DNA of 64,000 nt from Rhynchobatus australiae (GCA_034780895.1 JAUZTB010000027.1:34282929-34346928); one strand, 5' to 3'; numbered from the stretch's first letter, positions 12,843-25,935 are shown. Numbers and translations are program-made. The notes: generated from the sequence alone by a model not told the origin.

Positions 12843-13217
12843 ACTTGCATTTGTATTCTGCCTTTCATTATCCCTGGATGTTTCCTAAATGCTTTCTAGC
12901 CAATGAGATACTCTTGAAGTGAAGCCGCTGTTGTAATGTTGCAAACACAGCAACTTCCCATAAAACCACAATGTGTTGATCGTCAGATAACCTGCTTTCA
13001 CTCACAAACTGAGGGATAAATATTGGCCAGGGCACTGAGGATAACTTTGCTTGTAATCTTCCACACAAAGCCATTGGATCCAAAAGAGTAAATGGACCTC
13101 TGTTCAAATTCTCATTCAAATATCAGCAACTCTAACAGGGCAGAGCTCCCTTATACATGTGTGCCAGCCTAGATTTTTGTGTTCACATCATTTGAGTGGG
13201 ACTTGAGCCCACAACCC
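12843..13217 (-). mobile_element. SacSINE1/DeuSINE-like SINE, near full length, degraded
   Basis: Tail ttgcatttgtattctgcctttca, body agccaatgagatactcttgaagtg..ctgttgtaatgt and tgagggataaatattggccagggcact, and a tRNA-head B-box as reverse complement gagtgggacttgagcccacaacc. Confidence 0.8.
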
Positions 13218-13369
13218 ATGCTGGTGTGGTCCCAAACAAGCTAGACCTGCAAATACATCTATTGTGTTTTTCAGTGTGAAGATGTTCAAGGCCATATTTT
13301 CATTGCCTCAGCAACTTGTCAAGAGGTAGATGAACAAAATAAAAACGAGGAAAGTAGAAATCAGTAAGA

Positions 13370-13490
13370 GTTCAGGTCAAAGAATCTTCATCAGATCATT
13401 GATCTGAATTGTTGACCATCTCTGCTTCAACAGATGCTGCCCAACATTTTGTTACGGATTTACAGGATCTGCAGTATCTTTTACTTCAGG
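13370..13490 (+). mobile_element. Penelope-like element terminal remnant
   Basis: ttcaggtcaaagaatcttcatcaga...tgatctgaattgttgac...acagatgctgccca matches the abundant elasmobranch CAGATGCTGCCTGACCTGCTGAG repeat end. Family assignment is from memory. Confidence 0.5.
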
Positions 13491-13839
13491 AAAAATCCAT
13501 CCCATTTTAGCCCAGTCATTTCTAGAAGGGAAAAAAACTATAAAACATTGTTTTGACAGCACTTTTCTCTTTTGATATCTCCCCCTCCCTTCTCGAGAAG
13601 ATATAGGGAGAAAGTAAAAGGTGCAGAACATAATTTTCAAGGATAACACCAAGTTACATCTGTCAAAAATATNNNNNNNNNNNNNNNNNNNNNNNNNNNN
13701 NNNNNNNNNNNNNNNNNNNNNNNNNNNNNNNNNNNNNNNNNNNNNNNNNNNNNNNNNNNNNNNNNNNNNNNNNNNNNNNNNNNNNNNNNNNNNNNNNNNN
13801 NNNNNNNNNNNNNNNNNNNNNNNNNNNNNNNNNNNNNNC

Positions 13840-14045
13840 AGTGAGTATATGTGGAGCCAGGTATCTCAAAGACCAGATGAGGTGTATAAGATGGATGCAT
13901 TTGAGGGAAAGCCAGGTAAAAACATGTGGAAAGGAAAACAAAGTTATATGGAAAGGGCAAGATGAAGAGGAGAAGGAGGCATATTGTGGTGAGGGAGGAA
14001 ATAGTATGGAAGGTTGGGCTGAATGGCCTGTTCTGTGATGCACAT
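13840..14045 (+). mobile_element. CR1 3' end remnant
   Basis: atggatgcatttgagggaaagccaggtaaaaacatg, then the tail ttgggctgaatggcctgttctgtg. Confidence 0.65.
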
Positions 14046-16014
14046 ACAGTGCAAAGATTCCTATTCTGGCAAACCCCGGGAAGTGATCTTGCTCCTGGTC
14101 AAATCTGTCATCAGTGAATGGAGTCAAATGGAAGAATACAAGGTGTTGGAAATTAGCTCTGCAGGGAGTGAGGAAGTGAGGAAGATTGAAACATCAGGTT
14201 ACATGCTTACAGACTTTAACTGCAGTGGTTCGAGTCCAAAAAGATATCAGTTGACAAGTTAGAGGCACTTAGTGTTTCACATGGCCAAAGCCTAACAAAG
14301 GAGATAGGCAAAAGTGTGTGATGAGGGGGTGGTCTGGTTCACAGAGGCTGAGGTTGGGAATTGGAGGTGGGAAGAGCCCAGGTAGTTTCATTTGTTGAGG
14401 TACAGTGAGGGGATATAATAGTCAGGATGTTGAATATGCAGAAGGGAGTCAACAGGGTGTCTTGATTGCAAGCAGAGTCTAGATTGGGGGAAGAGTGCAG
14501 ATGTAGGAGAATATTTTCCAACTACAGTCATGTTGGCTGATTACAGTTGGCTGTCGCTAACAGATGGTAGAGGGAGTTGGAAGGTTTTACCGATTGGCTT
14601 ACAAAACTTAAAGGAACCTCTCAATATTTGCACCTGTAGAGCTGTAAAATCATTGACCTGTGGATTCAGTGGTCCTCGTCATCGTCCAGTCCACAGCTGG
14701 AAATCCCAGTTTTCTGTGGGTAGAAATGGAGCAACTCTTGAAATTAATTCACAGCTATGCTCACTGGGCTAAAACGTCCCTGCCTGTGGGTAGTGGTTCT
14801 GTAGAGAAATGCCAGTGTTGTCCTCCTCAGTCGTCGCAGACTTCCACACCAGCAAAGTCACAGATGAGATGGCGATGGAGGTGAGATACCAGCAGATCCA
14901 ACTTCCCTGCTCTGTTATTTGACTTGCCAAGGAATCCAGGCATGAAGCACAGATAAAGAGAGGCTGGAATGACTACTCCTGACTCCTCAGCTGTACAACA
15001 AGGGTGGCTCGAGTAAGTAGCGATTCTCTCCCCCCACCCCCGTCCCGTATGAACAATGTCACCGAGTCAATTGAGAAAGTCATTTCAGGTAAGTTGTTTA
15101 CCTATGTTTTTAAATTCATTTCCAGCAAACATAGTTAAGTAAATTTTATAAAACTTATTTTAGTATTTCAATTCAGTCTATTTGAATTGTTTTCTTAAAA
15201 TGTTTCCAGTTAGAAGCATTTGAAAATAGTTCATAGGCGTTTGACAACAGTGAACTCAACCAGGTCAGTTATAGTATTTAAATGAACAATTCTTTTGCAC
15301 AAGTGGATTTTTACCATTCCCTTGTTCAATTTCTGCAAAAACTAGAAGTGGGCATGAGGCAAATTTGTTTCAGGTGCCAGAATCTTTACAATTTAATGGC
15401 TGACGTAACCTCAGCCCACCAGTTTTTGGAAAATAAGCTTCAGCCCACTGTGTCAGTGTCATTAGTGTATAGTAAAGTGCCTTGTTAACTTTCACACCTT
15501 CCCCGTATAGATATATTGGCTCTGCATGCTGTACAACTGATGTTTGTGTGAGATGTTATTGACATATTCTGCACAAAAGCAAGGAAAATCCAAAAATAAG
15601 CTTTTCAGACACATTAAATTGATGAGTACTGCTACTCAGGAGACATTATATTTTTCATGCATTGTATTTTTAAAAATCAGTTTTCTTGATAAAAGATGAA
15701 TTATATAATTGGCCAGGGCTCTAAACATTTTTAATTAGAATTAAATTATCCTTTTTTCATCCATCTCTGAAAAGGTGCCACAATTATAAGGCATATTGTT
15801 CTTGAAAGTATTAAAATCAGTGCAGAAGGAGTGAAAACTCATGGTTATGGAGTATCAGGAATTCTTTGAATACGGATTGCAATAAAATCTGGAAAAAAAC
15901 ATTCTAGGACCCTCCAACTCCAATACACTTCGATACACAATTTGGAAATCATTATGCACCCTCAGCAGGAGAACTATACTTATTTTTCAAATTATTTCTG
16001 TCATAGTCTCATTC

Positions 16015-16105
16015 TGCTCCTTCCCCACAGATGCTGCCCGACCTGCTGAGTATTCCTTGAGTTTTCTACTACAGACTTCCACAGTATCTGTATTTTTTGC
16101 TTCTT
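16015..16105 (+). mobile_element. Penelope-like element terminal remnant
   Basis: ccccacagatgctgcccgacctgctgagtattcc...cagacttccacagtatctgtattttttgctt. Confidence 0.6.
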
Positions 16106-18545
16106 ATTATGCCCTTTTCCCATTGAAGCTTCAAAGGGAATGATTAAAAGAAAATAGAGACAATTAGCTGTGACCGACAAATTTCATAAACTGTGAGAAT
16201 ATTAATTTGATATATCATAGTTCCCCAATTTGCATAACAGTGACAGCAGTTTGAAGGCAAGCTGCTGGTTTTAGGAGAACCTAGAGGATATGATTAAAAC
16301 ATTATAATGCCAGCTCTTTCTTTTTCATTAACATTCCAAAATGGCTTCATATTAGTATAAAAATCTAAATAGATAGAGGTAAGAATACTTATCTAAACAT
16401 GTTCTGCAGGTCTAACTTACTACAAGATTAGAAGCATGGGCAAAAAGCTACAGCCTTGGATTTGTGAGAGTGGTCTCTGTTGGTGACAGAGATGGCAGCT
16501 GCATTCACAAATGGAGTGAGGGTGGTGAGGATTCAATTTGTTCTCAGGATTCCAAGAAGGCCCAATGATGCTCTGTGAGGTAATTAGAGAGAGCACTGCT
16601 GCTCCTCATGGACCACAAGGAACGCTAAAAGGAACTGATCTTTAGAAAGGAATGGACAGACAGCATCTCCCACCTTGGATATGCCGCCAGGAAATGCATT
16701 GCAGGGGCACTTACAATTTATGATGTCGTCAGGCGGTGATTTTTAATGTTAACATTCCTGCCTTATTGATGGTCTAACCTGAGGTTGTAACAATTTAGAT
16801 AGTGGAAAAACAGGTTAGTTTGGGATCAGGTTGCTCATTTTCACTACCTGATGAAGGTCTTTTCCTTCCCTTCTGTGGTAGACAGTTACAATCGCATACC
16901 CATCTGTCTGACTTCAGTTTTAGGCCGCCTCTTCCTGCATTTTGTTATAGCCTACTTGATATGATAGGTTTCGATACAGATATCCAAGATGTCCCAATGC
17001 AAGAGCAATTCGCATGAGGTATATTCATGCTGTTGACTGGTATTGAGAACATAGTGGATGCTGCTGGCAATCTGGGTTTATCTCAGCTTTTTGAGCCATC
17101 TGACATAATTCCTCCACAAATCCCACAGCTGCATTCACAAACTTTGAATCTTCAGCCACTAGTGGAACGTTAAAGGACCTTAGTTTCAGGTGCAGTTTGA
17201 CTGGCCCCATAATGGTTTCTTTTTGTAACAAAAATCATAATTTGAGGAAATGTTCATTTCAAAATTACTGCTTTTGTCATTTGCAGGCAGAATACACAAG
17301 TGCATATGAAAGANNNNNNNNNNNNNNNNNNNNNNNNNNNNNNNNNNNNNNNNNNNNNNNNNNNNNNNNNNNNNNNNNNNNNNNNNNNNNNNNNNNNNNN
17401 NNNNNNNNNNNNNNNNNNNNNNNNNNNNNNNNNNNNNNNNNNNNNNNNNNNNNNNNNNNNNNNNNNNNNNNNNNNNNNNNNNNNNNNNNNNNNNNNNNNN
17501 NNNNNNNNNNNNNNNNNNNNNNNNNNNNNNNNNNNNNNNNNNNNNNNNNNNNNNNNNNNNNNNNNNNNNNNNNNNNNNNNNNNNNNNNNNNNNNNNNNNN
17601 NNNNNNNNNNNNNNNNNNNNNNNNNNNNNNNNNNNNNNNNNNNNNNNNNNNNNNNNNNNNNNNNNNNNNNNNNNNNNNNNNNNNNNNNNNNNNNNNNNNN
17701 NNNNNNNNNNNNNNNNNNNNNNNNNNNNNNNNNNNNNNNNNNNNNNNNNNNNNNNNNNNNNNNNNNNNNNNNNNNNNNNNNNNNNNNNNNNNNNNNNNNN
17801 NNNNNNNNNNNNNNNNNNNNNNNNNNNNNNNNNNNNNNNNNNNNNNNNNNNNNNNNNNNNNNNNNNNNNNNNNNNNNNNNNNNNNNNNNNNNNNNNNNNN
17901 NNNNNNNNNNNNNNNNNNNNNNNNNNNNNNNNNNNNNNNNNNNNNNNNNNNNNNNNNNNNNNNNNNNNNNNNNNNNNNNNNNNNNNNNNNNNNNNNNNNN
18001 NNNNNNNNNNNNNNNNNTCATGCAGAGCAAAGAAAAGGGGTCACCAAAATCAAGCTGTTACTTGCTCCTTCTCAGCTTTACATCATGCAAATATATTTAC
18101 TACAGAAAATGCAATATTTATGGAACAGATGACTTGCAAGTTAAATAAAAGGGGCTGCTTTAAATACTGTATATACAATATCAAGCTTGCTAGGAACAAT
18201 TTTAAATACTCAGGTGGTAAAAGGTACCTATGGAGCCACCTTATGAAGGTACCTGGGCTAAAGAACAACATCGTACCCTATAATTGCCATTTTTAAAAAC
18301 ACAAGTTGAGAAATGGAAATCTGTTCAAATGCAATGTAATTTGACTTAAAATTATCCTACCTCCGGGATCCTTCTTTTTGCATATAACTGCAATAGTAAT
18401 AAGCAGGTATATTGTGGTGGTTTTGCTGTAAACAGTTGCTGGCAAATTATGTTTTCCAGCTGAAGGAGAGCAGCAGACTGAACAAAGGAAAGATGTATTT
18501 ACATGCCATCTCCACCAGTACAAAATAACTTCACAATGAAATACA

Positions 18546-18609
18546 AATGAAGTCACCATTGTAATGCAGGAAATAGGGCAGCCAATTTATGTGCAGCGGC
18601 TTCCCAGGA
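18546..18609 (-). mobile_element. SacSINE1/DeuSINE-like fragment
   Basis: gtcaccattgtaatgcaggaaatagggcagccaatttatgtgcagcggcttccca matches the SINE body as reverse complement. Confidence 0.6.
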
Positions 18610-18734
18610 NNNNNNNNNNAATGAAGTCACCATTGTAATGAAGCAATATAGTCAAACCAGTTGTGCAAGTTCTTGCTTTGCTGTCCATACCACAAGTGCA
18701 TTAGTGAATGCTTACCAGATATACCCGAGAGCAA

Positions 18735-18838
18735 CTTGCCTGCTGCATTTTCCTTCGTCTTAATTGTGGCCACACTTCATTGGATGCAGAAAGAGTCTTA
18801 ATGTTCCAAGATCAGGAAAGGTGCTGTATTGAAATAAA
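18735..18838 (+). mobile_element. SacSINE1/DeuSINE-like 3' fragment
   Basis: ttgcctgctgcattttcct...cacacttcattggatgcagaaag...gaaaggtgctgtattgaaat. Confidence 0.5.
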
Positions 18839-20459
18839 TTATTTCATTAGTTGCTGAACAGTTACTGCTTTGGTTCTCAGAAAAAAATCGTGAATGACGT
18901 GCCTAATCTGGTACAAATATAACATTCAAAGAAAACTTGGCAAAGCAATGGTAACAGATAGAAAAGCACTCTTAATATTAAGCTTCCTAATGTGGCCGAG
19001 TGTGATCTGATGCCATTGTGCACATTGTGACTTCTATTTATTATTACCCAATGTTTTTTTTTGAATGCCTTGATGGCTCATGGGCCAGGGATGATGTACG
19101 TTCATAATTCATGTCTTTGGAATTTATTAATGAAAAGGGTAATTTAATTTTACTATCTTTAAAGTTTTACTTAATATTGAGGAGACTAGAAGTGTTTTAG
19201 AAAAGAAAAGGATTTAATTATTGTCTAGACTTCATACAAGTCTGCTCAGTCCTCTAAGTTGTTTGCTGATGTGGTTGTTAATCAAAAGGCAGGATTAAAC
19301 AAACCCTTTACAAATTATCTTATGATGAAACTTACCCTGAGGGGTTTGTTGAGAATGAACGAAAGATTTAGAAAAAGTGGCATTTAAAAAAGCCAGCTCC
19401 CTGATGGTTATAGAATGATATGAACATTAAAGTGAACTGTTGGTTTCAAAACTACAACAATGAATCCCAGCAAAGCAGTTCTAATTTTAAAATTACTTCC
19501 AATTTGGTATTTCAGTTATACTGTGTAAAAATAGCATTTTAGCAAATGCCCAAACAAAGTTTTGCAGTTTTCTTCGAGCATTGCTGGCTTGGTAAGAGAA
19601 TAGTTGTAAAATTAGACACACAGTTTCCCTCCTCTGCCTCAACATTNNNNNNNNNNNNNNNNNNNNNNNNNNNNNNNNNNNNNNNNNNNNNNNNNNNNNN
19701 NNNNNNNNNNNNNNNNNNNNNNNNNNNNNNNNNNNNNNNNNNNNNNACCTGGCTTTTAAAAGCCTGGGGGTAAGTGGGCTTATTGTCCACGCTGGCCACC
19801 TGAACCAATTGATGTTGTGCTTTTATCTTGTCTGCATCCGGAAAGAAAAAGATTGCTGGCCTGTGCTGTCCTGACATTGAGCAATCAGATCCTGAGCAGA
19901 TCACATGGGTGGCCCAGAACAAGCCCTGGGCCACAAATTGCTGACAACACCAGCTTTAACATATGTAATGGTGGTAAGGTTGTTGTTGGGTTTGAATGTT
20001 GCTGACATTCAGAAGCATTCAAAACTTCTAAAAGTTAAATAACCAACTTAACTAAAACCTTAAGTAATAAACACAAATTGAAGTGCAACTTCCCCTCAGT
20101 TGTGAAGTGAGTGGGCTTGCAGATTCTGCACCGGGACTAACTGGAGGAAGACTCGGAAACATATTCTGCAGTGTAAATGCTCGAAAGCTTGGCAAGTTCT
20201 TGCTCAAAAAAAAGTTCTTGCTCCACCTTTGGGCTCCATGCAATGTCCAGCTGTGGATCACTGCTTAGAAGTAGCTGGTGCTCATTCTGAGAACTGCCAG
20301 CAGAATCTGGGCTATTGTTTCAATGTCAGTTCAAGCGTTATATAAAAAAATAAATCACTGTTGTGATATTGACATCTCTGGCAGGATCATCTGAGATGAT
20401 GGTGGTATTTTGAATTGCAGGAATTGGTTTTGTCTAACTGTGCAACTTGCAAGGTCACT

Positions 20460-20600
20460 TTGCAGGCAGTTAAGCCACATTGCTGTGGGTCCACAGTTGC
20501 AAGGAGGGCAGTTCAGTCACTTTGGAGTTTTCCTTCCCTGATGAACACAAATGATTCAGCTGTGTGTTTACAATAACCTGGCAGCATCACTGTCACTTTT
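20460..20600. mobile_element. degraded elasmobranch interspersed repeat (SINE-like)
   Basis: ggcagttaagccacattgctgtgggtc...tttccttccctgatgaacac...tttacaataa resembles a common shark repeat consensus recalled from memory. Confidence 0.5.
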
Positions 20601-23404
20601 AAATATTGAACTCTCACCTCAAAACCTTAGTAGGCTAAAGCCATTATTAGAAGATATTGTTTTGTGATCTTTAGGCCACACCATTATTTTCTTCTCCTCA
20701 CCTGCTCNNNNNNNNNNTGCCCCTGTTCAGAAATGAGACCATACTAAAAAAATAAAGAATAGTTCTCAGGGTGATTCATTATTATTTTTAGCATATGATA
20801 AACTCTTCAGGCCAATCCTAACAGGCCAACCAAATTACAGATGAAGTAAATGGGATACAAGATTAGTTTGGCTTTCTGGAATTTTATTTCTTTTATCTTA
20901 GGGAATCTTTATTAAAGCTACTTCTCTCCCAGCAATCAAATACTTTGAGTAGAGTTCAGTCAAGTAAATTATATGTAGTAGAAGGGCTTGTTAAGCTTGA
21001 AATGTTGTTATGTTTGCAAGGGCAAGAGAGAGAGGAGTTGAGGGAAGACAGTGAATTTACAAGAAGAGCAGTCCTCATTGTGGTTTAGGCTTTGCAATCC
21101 AGGTAATCCTTAATGGTAGATGCGCTTAGTTCACTGTGCACGTTTGTTTCCAATATTATTGTGGGAAGCTGATGAAAGGGAGCTCTGGCTTTAATAAAGC
21201 TTCAGAAATCCTGATTTTATGAGGTAATTGGAGAAACATGGCATGATTTAGATATTTTATTAAGTAGCAGATTTATTACTGTGCATTGCACTGAGATTGA
21301 GCTAAAGACTAAATTTGGCATCTTCACCTAGTTAGCACTGCTGAGGTACTGATTATCTGGCCAAGGCCCACCATGGTTGTTAATCCTTCAAGATTGCCCT
21401 GGAGTCTTTAGGAATGAAAAACTAATCTGAAGGATTCTATAGCAGGCAACGCAGAAGAAAAGTCATAGTAAAGAGAAGGGTAATAAAAAAAAAGTTTCAA
21501 AATTATTCATTCGAGCTTGTTCTTAATAGACATAAATACAAAAACATAGTTTATTTAAAATGCAATTCATATATAACCACTTCCGACAGAAGGGTGGAAT
21601 ATGCTATTCATGTGAGTTGTGACAAGAGAATATTTGATACTGATACTTGATCAGAGCAATAATCATCATCAAGTAATGAGTACCACTGGGTGAGAGGTTC
21701 ACAAGAACAGAATTTATAAACTGTGGGTGACAAAAACTCTTATGCACTCATATGCTGAGATCAATAACACCTTTAGGTTATAGGCACAAGTATTTTGTTG
21801 CTTTTTTAAATATATAAATGACATCCAATTTGTTTCCAGTTGTTGTTTGTCAGTCATGTTGACTTCACAGCAGTAGTTCTGATGCAAAGCAATCCCCATA
21901 CCCCCAAGACAACATGAAACTGTAAGCACACAAGGAGCTTTAAAATACTTCTCCATCCTGCTTTACTTCAACACAAGAATATTTATTCCTTCCCCTTGCA
22001 GGATAGCTAAATTCATGAGTAAACTCAAAATATGCAAGGTACAGGTTTGTATTCTGCTTGGGTCAAGATTCATACAATGGAACTACATGACCTTGTGTCA
22101 GTCCCTGTCTGTTCACCACCCATTGAAAAGCACTTTTATTCAATGGTTGCTTTATTGGTAATGAATGAGGCAGACAAAGAATGCTTCATTCATTACTAAC
22201 AAAAAACATATGGAATAAATTTTACTCAATAGACAACATTTCTTTGTCTGACTTATTATGCAAGCTTGAATTCAAATGATCATCCCCACCTTTAGAATCA
22301 TAGGCCAGATATTAATCCTCAGTTACACTGCAACTAAAAATACAAAGTCTGCCACCTTTTGAATACTGTATAATTTTCTTTTGGTTAAGTAATCGCAGGA
22401 TATGAGATTAGTATATCCGTGGTTGGCAAAACTGAAAAGTCAGAATTAATTCTTCAGGATCCACTGCCGCTGAGCTAAAGTAGAATGAATAGTAACTTGT
22501 TACTGCAGTATTGTTAAACATAAAACTGTGGTACAATAAATAGAAAATATATAAAAAGTGTAGATTTTGATTTGGGATATGTATTTAAATCATATTTATT
22601 TTGAAGAGACAAAGGATACCAGTGTTTAAAAAGTGGCTCCATCATTATGTCCCTTCTCAAGGCTGAAACTTGTCATTAGATTAGAAACTGCCTGTGAGAA
22701 GGTTTGTTCTGTTTCAAGGGTCATAGTACATATAATGAGAAACAGTGGTATGGAGGTTATTGTAAATGTTTCTGCTTATTGAGCAGCTTTTTAGCTTGGT
22801 TCTCTCCTGATATTGTACATATGTACAGCTGCTAGACTATTTGCCTCCAATTTTCTACCCTCCAGTCTCAAGGATGCTGGTTCCAAATGGCATCTATTTA
22901 AAACAAGTGCTTTCAGGATATTCAATCTCAAAAGGCATCACGATCAAATTCTCAGATGCACATCTTTAAGCAGGGATTATTGATTCGTAATCAGGAACAA
23001 GTGACCAGCTGACCTTCTCCTCCTGACAGTTGGTCAGTTGCTTTACCTTTTTTATTCGTGAATGTTAACTGTCTATAGATCATGTCCCTGAAGATCCAAG
23101 AAAGCCTCATCACAGATTTACCCACAGCTCAGGGCTTTGCTTCTCCTTTCGTCAATAGCCTTTTAAAAGAGAAGTGGCTATTCCCCACAAGGGCTAAGGC
23201 AACCCTAGAAAGTTTAGCACAAGGCAGAAATCTGGCATTAACTGGTCCTTGGGTCTAGCTTTCAAATGGTCCCAGGGTCTAACATTCAACCATTGCTGCT
23301 GAAATTCACCTGGAATTAACCAGAATTGCCATGCATCTAGGGGTAATTATTTTCATTAATTTTCTACCTTCACCCCATAATCCATGAAGATTGGAATATG
23401 GTTT

Positions 23405-23555
23405 CATAGAATAGGAGGCCATTCAGCTCATTGAGTCCTGGAAGAGCAACCCCATCTGTCCAATTTCCCAATAGTCTCCTTCAGGTATCTATACAATTCC
23501 CTTTAGAAAGCACTGATTGATTTTGTTTCTACCTTTTCTACAGGCAGTGAATTTT
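23405..23555 (-). mobile_element. CR1 3' end remnant
   Basis: aggaggccattcagctcattgagtc...tatctatacaattccctttagaaag...caggcagtgaattt is the reverse complement of a CR1 3' UTR. Confidence 0.6.
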
Positions 23556-25834
23556 AATGTCGTCAGCCTCCTGATACGGTAGCCTTTCAGAAGTCAGAAG
23601 TTCCAGGAGAGATGTTTGATCACAGGCCTCTAACAGCCAGGCACAAACTCATCCATTTCCTCACCACAATAACAGGCCAGTGGATAGAAACTGGCAGGGG
23701 CATTTATGGACAGTTTCCCCTTCATTAGCCTGGGATGGGGACTAAGGTACAAATCACATGCTTGCAATTCCTTCCATTAGTATTCCATGTATGAAAAAAA
23801 GTCATATTCATTTCTGAACCTGCAAGTCCTTGNNNNNNNNNNNNNNNNNNNNNNNNNNNNNNNNNNNNNNNNNNNNNNNNNNNNNNNNNNNNNNNNNNNN
23901 NNNNNNNNNNNNNNNNNNNNNNNNNNNNNNNNCTGAACCTGCAAGTCCTTGGCTAATCAGATTGGCTTTAAATAGTTTGACAAAGAAAGTCAACACTACT
24001 CACGTAATATTATCACCATCAACAGAATTTATGTTCGCCAAAGCTATTCTCACAATCTCTAATTCAAATTAAACTTGGGGTTTTCCTTTAAGGCCCAGGT
24101 TTTAAACAGTCCATCAGGTTACTTCTATGTATTCAGGGATGAGACTGGGTCTCAATTTAGAAATAAAATCCAGCACACGTCATAAAAAAAAACAAATGCA
24201 GTGCTTTAAAAATACCATACAGTCTGACAACATTAAGTTGGTTGTTAGGCAGCAGATCACATCAGGAAGCAGTGTTTGTAAGTTTTCAGAGCATTTGGGC
24301 AGACTACACTTTAGAACAGGAAAGCAATAAAATAAAAGAAGGATTATCAAACCTGATGGAGATGGAGTGTAGAATCTTTGGGATAGTAACCTTCTACATC
24401 TATGGTCTTAGATTTTGATTTAAACCACTTCGATCAATTTACCTTCATCAGCATAATTCTTTCTGGAGCTTTGAAGAAAATCCTTTCAAGTTGATATTTC
24501 ACAGTATTAACCAATTCAAATACCTGCTGCAAGTCATTTAATGCAGCTTGCTTCCATACTCCGGACAGCTGCAATAATACCACCACCTGGCATCTTCTAA
24601 GGAGACCAGAAATAACGGCACCGTACAGTAAGTTCACTCTGCAAAGATACCTTTGGGAGCATGTAAAACTGCTAAGTATATATAAGGGGTATTTGTAAGT
24701 AGAAGTCTATTGCTGGGAACACTAGCCAGGAAATTATGGCTTCAATGTTGACCTCTCTGACCCATGCTCTGTACAAATGTAGCCCCCCCTAATCTCAGTG
24801 TGTGGAATTGCTCCCTTTAGTATCATGGCATTTTGCAAAAAAAACCAAATCTGCTTCTAATGTTGCCAATTATTAGAGACAATTTATTAGCATGCTATCA
24901 CTGAGCAAATGGCAGTGAGAGGGTCAATATATTAACTTCTTTTGTGCCACTTCACAGACTTCAACTTGGCAATATTGCTGTGGATAAAGAGATGGTTGCC
25001 CCGAGCAGGGATTACACCATACTGTGCTTTAAGTAGAAACCATCATGAAGAGATCCAAGTGCCTGCTGGAACAGCAGTGTGGAATGAATGATGTTCACAG
25101 TCATCAGTAAAAAGAAGTTATTTTAAGACCGCACTGCGGCGGAAAACATTCAAGTACATAATGTTACGCAACCTCATGTCAACTTGTTGATATAATTCAT
25201 CTTTAACTACTATGTAATTCTCTACATATTCACCTAATGTATGAATGAGTGAGAGTGCATGCCTGGTGTCTTGCTTGCCGCAGAGGGGAGCATTATTGGT
25301 CTAACTTGTTGTACTAGCTAGTGTGATACCAGTCCGGTGGGCTCCAGGGTTGATTCTGAATCTGTAATGAAATAGTGAATATCTGATAGGGAGCACATGA
25401 GGAGCTACTATTGATTACCACACCACAGGATATGAATGGGATGAAACAAGGGATATAAAACTGGTGTATTCTTTGGGTGCTATGGATATCATTTAAGTCC
25501 AAAATATATAGTCTACATGCACACAAATTTTGGCCATGAATCATCTTGATACTGGTGCTACATGTACACAGGCAACATCTCCTGTAAGCATGTGGAATAG
25601 GTAGATCCTGGCAACTATTTAGGATACACAGATTTAATACAAGTGCTCTTCACTCCAAATCTTCATGCTTCAGCTTTATCCTTTAACTTTTCACAGCTCA
25701 ATACATGGATAAGTATTCAAAAGACCTCAGTAGTAGGATAAAGGAAAGCCCTGACCCTTTCAGCGAAATATTATTTAGGTCATCAATTACAGGTTAGAGC
25801 TACAGAAGACAGGGAAACAGAGCTAATGAATTTT

Positions 25835-25935
25835 CATGTCTTCTCCACACAAGTGCTGCCTGACCTGCTGAGCATCTCTGATTTTATTTTTAATTTCAGA
25901 TTTGTAGTATCTGCAGGTTTTCTTTTTGATTTTCA
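25835..25935 (+). mobile_element. Penelope-like element terminal remnant
   Basis: tctccacacaagtgctgcctgacctgctgagcat...atttcagatttgtagtatctgcagg. Confidence 0.6.

Noticed and set aside
17025-17231. Protein-like minus ORF (…FVNAAVGFVEELCQMAQKAE…)
   Set aside because: No convincing acceptor and no recognised homologue.
19322-19404. C/D-box snoRNA-like layout (ATGATGA...CTGA...CTGA)
   Set aside because: No good terminal stem and no perfect rRNA guide; these boxes occur often by chance in 64 kb.
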